NCBI GenBank assembly: GCA_008690995.1
Contig: VRMN01000022.1
Span: 62,001 to 92,860, forward strand
Length of the DNA stretch: 30,860 bases
Reading direction: 5' to 3'
Source of the DNA: Porphyridium purpureum
Taxonomy: Eukaryota
The position numbers and the translations under genes were made by a program. Shown in pieces: positions 1 through 10,044 of the stretch. The notes beneath the pieces are model-generated. The model worked only from the letters and a program-made list of their open reading frames with translations, had not been told where the DNA came from and did not search any database. Position 1 is the first letter of the stretch. Each line of letters begins with the position of its first letter.

Positions 1-240
1 TGCAGTGCGCAAAATCAAGATGCCGTGCGCCGCGCTGGCGAGCGTGCTCTCGCCTTTGTGCGCGGCTCAGTCGTTCCGGCGGCTCGGCATACGTACAAAC
101 GTGTGATGGCGATGCTCAACCAGCCGGTGGAGAAGGACCCGAGCCACTCGAGCCCGACGCCTGGGGCCACACCGCGTGGAGGCGGGCCTGGTAGTGGTGC
201 AACCACAGTGGCCATTGCGACATCAGACGAGGTGCCTTAG
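1..240 (+). CDS. 3' end of an unidentified gene (partial, begins before the window)
   Basis: Frame 1 is open from base 1 to TAG at 238-240 (CSAQNQDAVRRAGERALAF...TSDEVP*), with GC-rich codon usage like the neighbouring genes. No recognisable motif. Confidence 0.5.
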   Translation, partial: CSAQNQDAVRRAGERALAFVRGSVVPAARHTYKRVMAMLNQPVEKDPSHSSPTPGATPRGGGPGSGATTVAIATSDEVP

Positions 241-752
241 CGCTGCGCACGCCCTGCGTCTGCGCTCTGCGCCCAAGCTGGCTTGGGGTATTGGCATGTG
301 ATGTAACGTTTGTCCGTGGCGACGAAACCAAAGTGTGCGCCCTGCGCACATCTTGTGAATTTCCAGTGCGGGCTCTTACCAACGTTCGCTTTCATGCGCA
401 TCATACTGCACCTGTACATGCCCGAAGCAATGTGTGCGCTTGACGGTAACTTTCGTGCTCTATGAGAAGGCGGGGTTCATTAAGCTCATTTATAACCAAC
501 TCTTTGGAAACGACTGTTCACATGATCGTGCAGCTGCAGGGCTGTAAAACACGCACACGCCACACCAAAGAAAAAGGCGAATCGGGGCCGACTTGTGACA
601 TAGCCCTTGCGCGCTAATTTTAACCCCGAGCCCCAGTGACACATACACACATACAGTCTGCTTCAGAGGCAGCGTGACGTCATGCTCTCTTCTATCTTTT
701 GATACTCTAACTTTCTCCACACTTTGTTACTCGGTTTCTGCCCTTGTCCACG

Positions 753-2249
753 TTACCCTCCGACGTTCATTTCACTTCCGTCACCCGGGAAACCCTTCAT
801 AGGCTTCGCAGTCTCGTACAGATCCTTGAACGTCCTGGGTCCCTCCTCCTCCTCCTTCTCGGGCTTCTCGCGAAGCTTTTCTGTTCGGTCGCCCAAGTTG
901 CGCAACACGGTGACCTTGATCTTCTTGTCGCCCTGTCCAATGGTGATTTCGTCCTCGTTCACTGGCTCCGGCCCTTTCTTCTTCGCGATCACCGGTGGCT
1001 TGACGTACACCTTTGCCTGGTAAGCCTGCAGCAGGGAGGTCGCCGGCGCGTCCGCCTCGGCGTCTTCCAGCGCAAGCGCGCGCTGCAGATCGACCACCAG
1101 CTGCTTCACTCGCTCCAACTGGAACTCCTTGACGCCAATGTCGGCGGCGACGCGGCGCGAGCGGCCGCGCACCGTGTCGGCGCCTGTCTTGCCCCACTGG
1201 CCGGCGCCTACGCCCAGGAACTGGCCGGCAAACACCTGCGGGTTCTTCCCGTACAGAGGTCTGATGTCCATATCGGCCGCCATGGCCGCAAAGGGCGCCA
1301 GAAAGGCGCGCGACGACGCGAGCGACGTGTACGCGGCGTCAAGCTCGATCTGGAGCGCGTTGGCCTTGCCCTGCGCAATGAGGAGCTCGCGCTGCAGCTT
1401 TTCGCGCGACACCTTGGGCACGTTGTACTTTTGCGACGGGTGCTCCGAGTTTGGAATCACCGGCAATCCGTCCACAATCTGGTGCGGCATGATGGCCGCC
1501 TTGTTGTTGAGTGGCAGCATGCTCATCATGGGCAGCTTCTTGTCGGAACGCGCCCAGCCGCCCTGCAGCCGGCACTGCAGATTGAAGGTCGAGTTTGGCG
1601 CGTACGTGCCGCGGAAGCGCATGTACGGCACGGTGTCGAGCCCAAACACGTCCAGGTACTCCTCCGAATCAAAGTACGAGTCGACCTCTGCGTCGTACCC
1701 GCCTGCGGCAAAGATTTCGTAGTGCTTGGACATTTCGGCCATGTCGAGCGGCGCGCGGCCCATAAAGTGCTTAAAGTTGAGCTCGATGAAGCGGAATTGC
1801 GACACCGATTCGAAGAAGCGCTTCTTGTAGGTGGCCGACTTGGCGACGCCGCGCACAAAGTCGCGCGTGGAGATCGCGCCGACCAGGAACTGCGATTCGA
1901 GCGTGGCGAGCTCATCGCGCTCCTCCTCCATGACGTACGCGTTGCCCATGACGTTGCGGTAGACGGTGCGCATGGTGGCCTCGCGGTCGACCTCGCTGAG
2001 CGAGGGGTCGCTGCGCCGGACCGGCCTGTCCTTGAAGAGGAACCGCGTGATAACGTTTGGCCCTGGCGCCGCCGGGTCGACGCGCGAGTAGCGATCGAGT
2101 CCGCCGGACGGCGACTCGAAGCGCACGGCGGTCGAGAAGGGCACTGCGGCCGAGCTGCCGCTGGACAAGCTGCGCGCGTCCGTCTGCATCATCATGCGCA
2201 CCGCGCGCGGCTCGCCGCCGCCGCCGGGCATCGCTCCCACAAACGCCAT
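753..2249 (-). CDS. Phycobilisome linker polypeptide (PBS_linker_poly domain plus C-terminal coiled coil), plastid-targeted, 498 aa
   Basis: The ATG at 2249 gives MAFVGA, the typical red-algal transit-peptide start. Linker-domain motifs: VYRNVMGNAYVMEEER, LESQF, RFIELNFKHFMGRAP, YDAEVDSYFDSEEY..FG.DTVPY.R. The track's extension upstream to 2612 is low-complexity UTR/intergenic sequence. Confidence 0.93.
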   Translation of the reverse strand: MAFVGAMPGGGGEPRAVRMMMQTDARSLSSGSSAAVPFSTAVRFESPSGGLDRYSRVDPAAPGPNVITRFLFKDRPVRRSDPSLSEVDREATMRTVYRNVMGNAYVMEEERDELATLESQFLVGAISTRDFVRGVAKSATYKKRFFESVSQFRFIELNFKHFMGRAPLDMAEMSKHYEIFAAGGYDAEVDSYFDSEEYLDVFGLDTVPYMRFRGTYAPNSTFNLQCRLQGGWARSDKKLPMMSMLPLNNKAAIMPHQIVDGLPVIPNSEHPSQKYNVPKVSREKLQRELLIAQGKANALQIELDAAYTSLASSRAFLAPFAAMAADMDIRPLYGKNPQVFAGQFLGVGAGQWGKTGADTVRGRSRRVAADIGVKEFQLERVKQLVVDLQRALALEDAEADAPATSLLQAYQAKVYVKPPVIAKKKGPEPVNEDEITIGQGDKKIKVTVLRNLGDRTEKLREKPEKEEEEGPRTFKDLYETAKPMKGFPGDGSEMNVGG

Positions 2250-2519
2250 TGCTCCACGCCCGCGTCTTTTCCCCGCCACGACTCCACACCCCGCTCTGCA
2301 ACCCCGCGTCTCCCTCTCTTTCTCTGTCGTGCGCTCTGTCCCTCGCTCCCCTTTCTCTCCCCGCACCGCGCCTTGCGCCTCAGCACGCGCGCCAGCGGAC
2401 CGGCATACCAAAACGGGCCTGTTTTGGTACGCGCTCGAGATCTCTCCCACGCAGGCACCTCGCCACGCCCCATCTCCAGAGAGCGCACACCGTACACACT
2501 GAACACACCGTACACAGAA

Positions 2520-2609
2520 GCTGTACACGCTGTACAAACACGCTGTACACACACGCTGTACACACACGCTGCTTTCCGGTTCGGTTCGGTTCGGTTCGGT
2601 TCGGTTCGG
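2520..2609. repeat. Short tandem repeats: imperfect (ACACGCTGTAC)n followed by (CGGTT)x6-7
   Basis: Directly visible between the protease stop codon and the linker ATG. Confidence 0.85.
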
Positions 2610-2613
2610 CATT

Positions 2614-5022
2614 TTATCTGCTTGGTGGTTTAGCGGGAGGGTGAATGTGCCAGAGGGTGTGGGAGGGTGAGTCTATTCTGGAGCGTGTGGCGCGTCGGCG
2701 GAAGCGCCCGCCGGTGGCGACGCAGCAGGCTTCGCGGGATGTTTCTTGTCGCGCGCGGCCGCGCGCCGCCCGGATTTGACTCTGCTTCTGGCGCCACTGC
2801 AGAGCCGCGAGCGCGCGCGCGTGCTTGCCACCAGACTCGGTGCCGGGCCCAGTGCGCGGCCCCGCGCGCCGCGGGTTGGCGGCAGGTACAGCTGCAGGAG
2901 GCTCTGCGTCGCGCGCGGCCTCGCCGCTGACGTCCGCAATCTCGTGCTCGGCGAGCGCATCAGCTCCAACAGAGGCTCCAGCCGCGGGCAGCGCCATGGG
3001 TGCCACGCCAGATCCAGCATCACGACCAGCCCCGTCCTCTGCGGTGCTGTCCTCGCTACCGATGGACTTGGCGGACGGAATGCAGTGAGTGGTGAGAATG
3101 GCGCGACTGGCTTCAACGGCCCGATCGCGGTGCAGCACAATGCACTCATTGTACTCCAGGTCAAAACGCAAATACTCGTCCTTCGTGTTCTCGACCAGCG
3201 CCGCAAGCGTCTGGAGGTTCTCAACCTCGTGCCCGTTGAAGCGCAACACCTGCGTGTTTGTCAGATACTCGTAGCCCACATTGATTTCCGCGTTCAGCAC
3301 CTGCGAAAGCACCACGACCTGCGCATTCGGCGTCTGCTTGCTTTCGTGCATGAGCTTGTCCAGGAGCTTCACAGGCGCCTCAAACTCAAAGCGCTCGCCG
3401 TACTCGGAGCGAAGGTACGGCTCGGACAGCGCCACAAACACAAGACCAGCAATGGTAAAGTACTCGGGCATCCCGCGCGGTTCGTGCACGCGCACCAGCA
3501 GCGGCTCAGACGACGCCACGAGACGAAACGACACGTCGCTCACAACGCCGTCGCGCAGAATGGTGAGAGTGCAACTGTCGCCCACAAACTTGCGCGACAC
3601 CAGAAAATGGAACAAAATGCGCTCGCCCGTGCGGAAGGGCACGGTTCCCGAGTTCGACACCGGCACGCCATCAAACGCCATGATAATATCATCGCGCTGC
3701 AGAACCGCAGCAGCGGGCGTGGTGCGGTCGACGCGCTTGACGCGCACGCCGCTCATGTTCTTGGTCATCTTCATCCACTCGCGGATCTGCGGGTTCTCGA
3801 GTCGCTGCCAGCTGAAGCCGCAGACGCAAAAACCTGTGTACCTACCGTTTCGTCGGTAGTCTTCCAAAAAATGCTCAACGACCAACCACGGAATCAGGTA
3901 GCCAATGAGCTCCGAGTCGCCCGTCTTGAGCGACTGGAAGGCGATACCCACCACCTCAAACTTGGAGTTCAGCGCCGGTCCACCCGAGTTGCCCGAGTTG
4001 ATTGCTGCGTCGATCTGCACACCCAGGAGCTCGCTAGCGCCATGCGAATACTGCTGGATCTCGATGCGGCTCACGACGCCCGCTGTCACCGAGATGTTGT
4101 CGCCGCCGACTGGAAACCCTATGACAACCACAGATGATTGCAGCTTTGGACTGGGCCCTGGCAGGAGCGGCTGCAGATCGCCTTCCCAAAAGGCTTCGTC
4201 CTCCACTGTGAGCAAAGCGAGGTCGCACTCCACTCCAATCGTCAGGACGCGCGCCATATATTTGGTGTCGCTGCCGCGCTTTTTCACTTTCACGACCGTG
4301 TGGTGCTCCACGCTATGTGCGTTAGTCAGCAACAATCGACCAGAAATCACAAAACCAGACGACGTCGACTGGTTCTGGCGTTTCATTTGCCAGGGAAGCG
4401 AATAGTTTGGGTCGACATGCGTCGTATAGATCTTCACAATCGCGTCCAAGATCGAAGGCGGCAGTCCATCCAGATCATTCTCATCGTCGGCCGGTTCCGC
4501 CCACATCTCTGACGGGTGCGAGTCTGTGTCCAAACCGAAATCGGTCGATCTTCGGTGCCCGAGATCGGCGCTCTTTGCGAACGCACCTGCAGACTGGCTC
4601 GGATTCAAAGACCCAGCACCGCCGTTTCCATTTCCGCCGCTGCCGCCGCGCTTTTTCTGTTTTTTCCGGGCACTGCTGCCAGTATTGCTCGGCTGACTGC
4701 TTCTGGCCTTGTTTTTGGTCGGCTTCTGCCTCTCCACAGGCGACGCTGTCGTGCCTGTCGCCGAATCGGCGCTCACATCAGCATTGGCGCCCTCCTTCTT
4801 CGCCTTGGCCACGGCGGGAGCGGCGGACGGCGCTGAAGGCTTTGCGAGCGTTGAGGGCGACGTCCACGTCTGCTTCGTCCTATCCGGGCCTGAGCTTGGT
4901 TCCTTACTTCCCTCTGCTGTGCCAGAACGACTTTTACCGCGACTTGTGGCTCTGACGCGCGGACTCGGCGCGCCTTGCGCGCCAAGTCGGTCTGGCTTTT
5001 TGGTGCTACCGTTACTTTCCAT
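2614..5022 (-). CDS. Deg/HtrA serine protease with PDZ domains, Deg9/Deg2-like
   Basis: Catalytic triad motifs LTNAHSV (His), ECDLALL (Asp) and INSGNSGGP (Ser). Also YSLPWQ and a PDZ-like region (FRTGERI...FVGD). Long Ser/Lys-rich N-terminus containing a basic RKKQKKR stretch. First ATG at 5022 (MESNGS). Confidence 0.93.
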   Translation of the reverse strand: MESNGSTKKPDRLGAQGAPSPRVRATSRGKSRSGTAEGSKEPSSGPDRTKQTWTSPSTLAKPSAPSAAPAVAKAKKEGANADVSADSATGTTASPVERQKPTKNKARSSQPSNTGSSARKKQKKRGGSGGNGNGGAGSLNPSQSAGAFAKSADLGHRRSTDFGLDTDSHPSEMWAEPADDENDLDGLPPSILDAIVKIYTTHVDPNYSLPWQMKRQNQSTSSGFVISGRLLLTNAHSVEHHTVVKVKKRGSDTKYMARVLTIGVECDLALLTVEDEAFWEGDLQPLLPGPSPKLQSSVVVIGFPVGGDNISVTAGVVSRIEIQQYSHGASELLGVQIDAAINSGNSGGPALNSKFEVVGIAFQSLKTGDSELIGYLIPWLVVEHFLEDYRRNGRYTGFCVCGFSWQRLENPQIREWMKMTKNMSGVRVKRVDRTTPAAAVLQRDDIIMAFDGVPVSNSGTVPFRTGERILFHFLVSRKFVGDSCTLTILRDGVVSDVSFRLVASSEPLLVRVHEPRGMPEYFTIAGLVFVALSEPYLRSEYGERFEFEAPVKLLDKLMHESKQTPNAQVVVLSQVLNAEINVGYEYLTNTQVLRFNGHEVENLQTLAALVENTKDEYLRFDLEYNECIVLHRDRAVEASRAILTTHCIPSAKSIGSEDSTAEDGAGRDAGSGVAPMALPAAGASVGADALAEHEIADVSGEAARDAEPPAAVPAANPRRAGPRTGPGTESGGKHARALAALQWRQKQSQIRAARGRARQETSREACCVATGGRFRRRATRSRIDSPSHTLWHIHPPAKPPSR

Positions 5023-5153
5023 CTCCCTCACACCGCACGCACACCCTTCCACTCCGAAAGTCTACCACAAGCGCGGAGAGTTAGCAGAAAATGCAAGCAC
5101 AGACACTGCAACACACGCGCAAAGACCACCACGGCTGTGAATGCGTGCGTCGG

Positions 5154-5156
<3 letters not shown>

Positions 5157-5184
<28 letters not shown>
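5157..5184. repeat. (TC)14 microsatellite
   Basis: Directly visible; reads (GA)n on the protease coding strand. Confidence 0.95.
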
Positions 5185-5185
<1 letters not shown>

Positions 5186-5511
5186 ACCGTCCGTCAACAA
5201 CGCATCCACCGCGAAAACAAGCAACGCGCGGCGCCAGCGACAACCATACAAGCGCCGGCCCTACCTAGCTTGTTACGGACGAGCCGTGGTCGAGTCTGCT
5301 CTGCGTCGTTCCGCGTAGGATGCTCGGTAATCCCTCTCTTTGTCTGTCCCTGAGTCTCCCCATGCGCACGTGCCGCGGCCGTCACTGCGGCAGCGCGCAA
5401 CGCGCTAGCCGATCGATCGATCGCAAAAATCATACAGCGGGGGCGTTTTCATAGGAAACTGGTGAGCGAGCGTCGATGGGAACCGCTCGGCGATTTGGCG
5501 GTGGCGGCGTG

Positions 5512-5610
5512 GAGAGAGAGAGAGAGAGAGAGAGAGAGGGCAGCAGCAGCGGCAGCAGTGGCGGCAGCAGCAGCAGCAGCACTAGCGGCAGTGGCGGCGG
5601 TGGCAGCAGC
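5512..5610. repeat. (GA)13 microsatellite followed by an imperfect (GCA/GCG)n tract
   Basis: Directly visible upstream of the small COA3-like ORF. Confidence 0.9.
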
Positions 5611-5695
5611 GGACGCCGCGACAGGTCTGATTCCCTGGGCGTCGCGCAAGGCCTGTAGGTGTACAGAGCAGGTGGGGGGTGGGGGTTGAGTGGCG

Positions 5696-5869
5696 ATGGT
5701 GAGTCGGAATGGCATCGTGGGACTCGGCCTCGCGGCGTTTGCCGTCGCGATTTACGGCTACACGGCGTACAAGATGCAGGACAATGAGCAGAAGCTGAGG
5801 GGACGCTTGCCGCTGCCGCCGTCAGACTCTCAGCCGGAGCAGCAACAGCAGCAGCAGCAGCAGCAGTAG
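5696..5869 (+). CDS. COA3: Small single-TM protein resembling cytochrome c oxidase assembly factor 3 (COA3/CCDC56), 57 aa
   Basis: Hand translation: MVSRNGIVGLGLAAFAVAIYGYTAYKMQDNEQKLRGRLPLPPSDSQPEQQQQQQQQQ*. The pattern RN..xGLG...x.AIYGYT.Y matches the COA3 TM signature as I recall it. It is below the ORF-track length cutoff. Confidence 0.75.
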   Translation: MVSRNGIVGLGLAAFAVAIYGYTAYKMQDNEQKLRGRLPLPPSDSQPEQQQQQQQQQ

Positions 5870-6250
5870 CTTGTGCCGTTCCGTGGTCACCCTGCGCGCC
5901 GGACGGAGCGGGGCAGGCAGCGTGCTTCAGGCTTTTATTTCCGGGAGACTTGTTTACTCGCAAGGTCTCCAAGCGTGTTCGCGCATGCTTTGTCCTGTGT
6001 CTAAAAAGCAAGCATGGTTTTTGTCTTTACTGGCCGTGGCCCTTACATGCTAGAGTGTCGTGCGGTTTGAGCACGAGAAGCGAGCGTTGTAAATTTTTCT
6101 GGTTCTGAACTGACTCCATGCTCCATGAAATAAAAAGAGTCCGCTCCATCTTGAGTGGCAGCACGAGTTGTCGCCTTCCTGAGATAAGCTGGTTGCGCAG
6201 CTTTGGTCATGCGGATGCGTCTCTCCTCCGGCGCTTGTTTCCGTGCCTGT

Positions 6251-7021
6251 TCAGATGGTGCCGCGTGCAAAAAGAACAAGGCTGGCGATCGTGTAGTATG
6301 CAACATACGCAAAGCTGTACTTGCACATCTGGATGGCCCATGGATCGTCCCAGTAGACCAGCGGCGCGGCCATCATGGCTGTCCATACGATTCCCAGCAC
6401 GACCGTAACAGGCATGAGCGCCTTGGTCTTGCTGGGGTAAATGAAGTGAATGGGCACAAAGCTGAGAACGGCGAGCAGAACGTATGTGAAGACCACCACA
6501 GTGTCCGAGGGCTTGAGTACCGCGCAGTACCAAAACACAATGTTCCAGTAGGACGGAAAGCCTACGAACGACTCGACTGTTTTGGCGGATGTCTGGCAGA
6601 ATTGGTACGCTGAAGAGAGCATGGCGAGCACCGCGCAGAGCAGCTGGAGCTGCGGGTTCCTAACAACCCCGGACGCCGGGATCGCGACGGCCGGCAGAAA
6701 CGTAAACGTCAGGAAATCCACAATGTTGTCGAGCATGGCGCCGTCGAAGCCCGGGGTGACCTTCTTCACATCGATCGCACGCGCCATGGTGCCGTCGGTG
6801 GCGTCCACAAACACCGCAATGCAGTTGAGCACCAGAAACAATCGCATGTCCTTCTCCACAAACAACGCGTGCACCGCATAGTAGTCGATGGGCAGGCCCA
6901 TGGCGGTGTAGAGGTGCACCATGTACGCCGCAACCACGCGGTACCACGGGTACTTTGGCTTCGCTCCGCTGGTCGCCTTGCTCGCCGCAGCCGCGGCCTT
7001 GGTTGCCGCGTCCGACGCCAT
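6251..7021 (-). CDS. pcs: CDP-alcohol phosphatidyltransferase, phosphatidylcholine synthase (Pcs)-like
   Basis: CDP-alcohol motif DATDGTMAR...FDGAMLDNIVD, plus the Pcs-type VHLYTAMG and FVGFPSYWN motifs. Several hydrophobic TM segments. Confidence 0.82.
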   Translation of the reverse strand: MASDAATKAAAAASKATSGAKPKYPWYRVVAAYMVHLYTAMGLPIDYYAVHALFVEKDMRLFLVLNCIAVFVDATDGTMARAIDVKKVTPGFDGAMLDNIVDFLTFTFLPAVAIPASGVVRNPQLQLLCAVLAMLSSAYQFCQTSAKTVESFVGFPSYWNIVFWYCAVLKPSDTVVVFTYVLLAVLSFVPIHFIYPSKTKALMPVTVVLGIVWTAMMAAPLVYWDDPWAIQMCKYSFAYVAYYTIASLVLFARGTI

Positions 7022-7303
7022 CCTTCTGTCTCGCCGCGCGCCCGCTCACCCCGCCGCCGTTCACACACGCAAACCCGCACGCGCAAACACACACACACAC
7101 ACACCCCGGACGCGCACCCGACTCGCCCAAACGCGCGCCGTTCACGCGTGTCGCTTGCGCAATTTCGCACTCCGCGCGCAGCTGCGCGTGTCTTTCTAAG
7201 TAAACAACCCCGTTTTAGTATGAAGAGCGGATCGTCCCGCGTAACGGCAGCTTGGTGGCGAGCGTGTGAAGGACGTGAGCGCACGGGCGCACGCGCATAC
7301 GTG

Positions 7304-8251
7304 CTAGTGGAGTAGCGCGCCCAGCGTGTGCAGCGTGACCTGGTCGCCCGCGAGGTCGTTGAACACCTGGTCCGCTGCAGAAAAGTCCTCGTTCACAGTG
7401 TAGGTCGACTTGGTGATCACGCACTTCATACCTGCCGCTTTGGCCGCGCAGAGCCCAATGTGGCTGTCCTCGATCACGACGCAGCGCGAGGCGTCCAGCT
7501 TCATGGTGTCTTTGGCCAGCAGGTAGATGTCCGGCGCCGGCTTCTTCTTGGCCACCACATCGCCAGCAAAAACCTTGATCTGAGATGCCGCATCCGCGCC
7601 CAGGAGCTTGACGATCTCGCTCACCGCACGCTCGTTGGACGTGGAGCACACGGCGATCGGGATCTGCTTCGCCTGTGCTTCTCGCACCAGCTCTGACACG
7701 CCGTTACGCAGCGGAATTTTACCGGACTGGATGAGCTCCATGAATACATCGGTCTTGCGCTTGTGCAGCGCAGTGACCAGCTCCTTCTGCGCGGCCGGGT
7801 CTTCCTTGACAGACTCTGGCCATCCAACTTTGCTCCAATGCGCGGTCATGCGCTCCTTGCCGCCGCCGGTCTCCAGCAGCACACCGTACATCTCCTCGGT
7901 CCAAACGGTGTCTAGGCCGCGCTCCTCAAAGGCAATATTGAACGCAATGCGATGCGCATCGCGCTCGGTGTCGGCCAGCACTCCGTCGCAATCAAAAATC
8001 AGAGCTTCCATCTGATCCACGCCCATGCGCACCGAGGCTGGTCCGCGACGCGGCGCGCGCGAATGCGCATTCGAAAGGACGGCTGCCGAGGAAACCCGCT
8101 TTGAAAGTATGCGCGCTGATGTCCTTGCCACACCAAACATCGCTGGGCACGTGCTTCTCGTCTTGCCAAAGTGCAGCCGGCCCACATGCCAGCTGCTGGA
8201 CACGGCGAACGCTGTCGGCGGCGCGCGCGCACAATCCTCGATGGCCTCCAT
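7304..8251 (-). CDS. cbbY: CbbY-like HAD-superfamily phosphatase (xylulose-1,5-bisphosphate phosphatase), plastid-targeted
   Basis: HAD motif I IFDCDGVLADTERDAHRIAFN, then GGGKERM, VCSTS, KKPAPDIY and VVIEDS. Ser/Arg-rich transit-like N-terminus. First ATG at 8251 (the track start at 8302 is GTG). Confidence 0.9.
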   Translation of the reverse strand: MEAIEDCARAPPTAFAVSSSWHVGRLHFGKTRSTCPAMFGVARTSARILSKRVSSAAVLSNAHSRAPRRGPASVRMGVDQMEALIFDCDGVLADTERDAHRIAFNIAFEERGLDTVWTEEMYGVLLETGGGKERMTAHWSKVGWPESVKEDPAAQKELVTALHKRKTDVFMELIQSGKIPLRNGVSELVREAQAKQIPIAVCSTSNERAVSEIVKLLGADAASQIKVFAGDVVAKKKPAPDIYLLAKDTMKLDASRCVVIEDSHIGLCAAKAAGMKCVITKSTYTVNEDFSAADQVFNDLAGDQVTLHTLGALLH

Positions 8252-10044
8252 CTCGGAGCCTGCCGTCGTCCACCGGATCTTCCTAGACTGGAGCTCGGAC
8301 ACAGCCCAAGACGCAAAGGAGTCGGCTGATTCTGCCGCGTTCCGCGTTCCGACCAGCGCCTGATCCGCTGTGACCTGTCAGCGTGCGGTCGCAGCAAAAT
8401 CTCAGACTCGCATCTGCGTACTCTGAGGTGCAATGCAAAACGGCGCTTTGGTTAATGGCTTATCGGCTTATCGGTTAGCCAGTATCCGATAAGCAGCGTG
8501 GGTACGATGTGGGATTCTGCACAATATCTTGCTCCTGAGGCCCACTTTCGAGGAGGCGTGTGAGCGACTCGTCATCTCAGAGCAAGTCACACTCCGTTTG
8601 GGCGGCGTCATATTGGAAGTCGAGAGCGTGATCGAAGAGCACGAGCGCGGTCGAGTGAAAGATGATTTTGAAGAAAGGCGTGAATTCTCTGAAACCCAAT
8701 CGAACTTGGCTATTCTTCCCTGGCTAACACAGAATGAAAATGGCATCTGGACTACTCGCTTGCAGACCTTTTAAAAACGGCGCTTGCGTACAAACATGAC
8801 TCGCATCTTTAGAAGCTGCTTATGGGTGACGAAATACCGATCCAACGAGGCAAACGCTCGTTGCATTCGCCACATTAGAGGCCTCTGGAGCCTCTCGCAG
8901 ACGCCACCCCTTTCGTCCGCTATGTAACATTGTTGCGCCGAACTCTGAAGCCACTGCCGCCAAGTCGGCCCTCGATCTTTAACAGCGAGAGCCTGCCATG
9001 ACGAGGTTCCTCGCGAATAAGAGCTGAGCTCTTTGACTGCGCTTTTGCACTGTTTCATAGTCATTCTCTTCTTCGCCTTTCTGTTGTTTGTTAGTTTGTT
9101 ATTCTCATGATTATCTCTCTTATCATCAGTGCAGCTTCCGCGCCCGGACAGCTGACCTCTCCATGCAGATCGGCGAATAATGCAGCAAAAGGAGAGAATG
9201 CCGACCGCGGCGTGAAAAAGGTGAGCAAATGCGATGAAACTGTAAGCGCTGATGAAACTACCACGGCACTTCGCTGGGCTCTCACGAATTGAACGCAAGC
9301 CTCACTGTCCTGAGACTGGTTATGGCAATTCAGCTATCCTGGCTTTACCGAGAGGACATATTAGTCAGGGATTGCTACACTCTGGGTCTATGCGTGGCAA
9401 CAGCATGAGAAAGCTGCGTTGTGGGAGAGAAATCGCGCATCGAGCTCGACGCAGAGCGTCGCGACCGAGGCGAAGGTCAGGGAGTGCGAGGTAAAATCAT
9501 TTAAAATTTGGGAATGGTGCGACAAGCTGTGTTTTCAAAAACACTTCCTAGCACTGAAACAGAATTCCTAAACACCGCAGTGAGACTGCTTTACAGATTT
9601 CTTACATGCGGCACTATGCGTCGAGCACAACGCAGCTTCTCAGGCAGCTTTTCGGGAATGTGCAATAGGAATGGCGTGCAGTTCCGGTCATAGATCCAGA
9701 CAATCGTGCTGAGCAAGAATTAAATGCCGTGAGGGCTTTGGACCTTGCTGAGTTCATGGTTGTCTCACGATTTGCAGCCCTTCAAGACCGGCGACCTGCG
9801 CACGGGTGTATTAGGAGAGCAAAGCAAGCCAGCCTCGCCACGATAAAAAAGTCTCACAGACAAAGGAACTGTAAACCAGCTTTAAATCGCCTTCCAGGAT
9901 TTATTTCGTAGTTAAATCGTCAAAGCAATTCGTCATTTCAATGTTTCGCCCTTCCGAGGTGTTGCGTAGGGCTTGGAATGACAAGTGAACCAAAATGGGT
10001 TTCGGCACTAAGCGAGTTACCACGTAGTTCTGTTTTGCGTACGG

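Noticed and set aside
2250..2612. N-terminal extension of the linker ORF (MPNRTEPNRTEP...)
   Set aside because: Translated microsatellite/UTR; the MAF start at 2249 is the convincing one.
744..2633. 629-aa plus-strand ORF
   Set aside because: Antisense shadow of the GC-rich linker gene; no motifs.
2746..4137. 463-aa plus-strand ORF
   Set aside because: Antisense shadow of the Deg protease.
5430..6011. 193-aa minus-strand ORF and overlapping low-complexity ORFs
   Set aside because: Produced by GA and CAG microsatellites, and antisense to the COA3-like gene.
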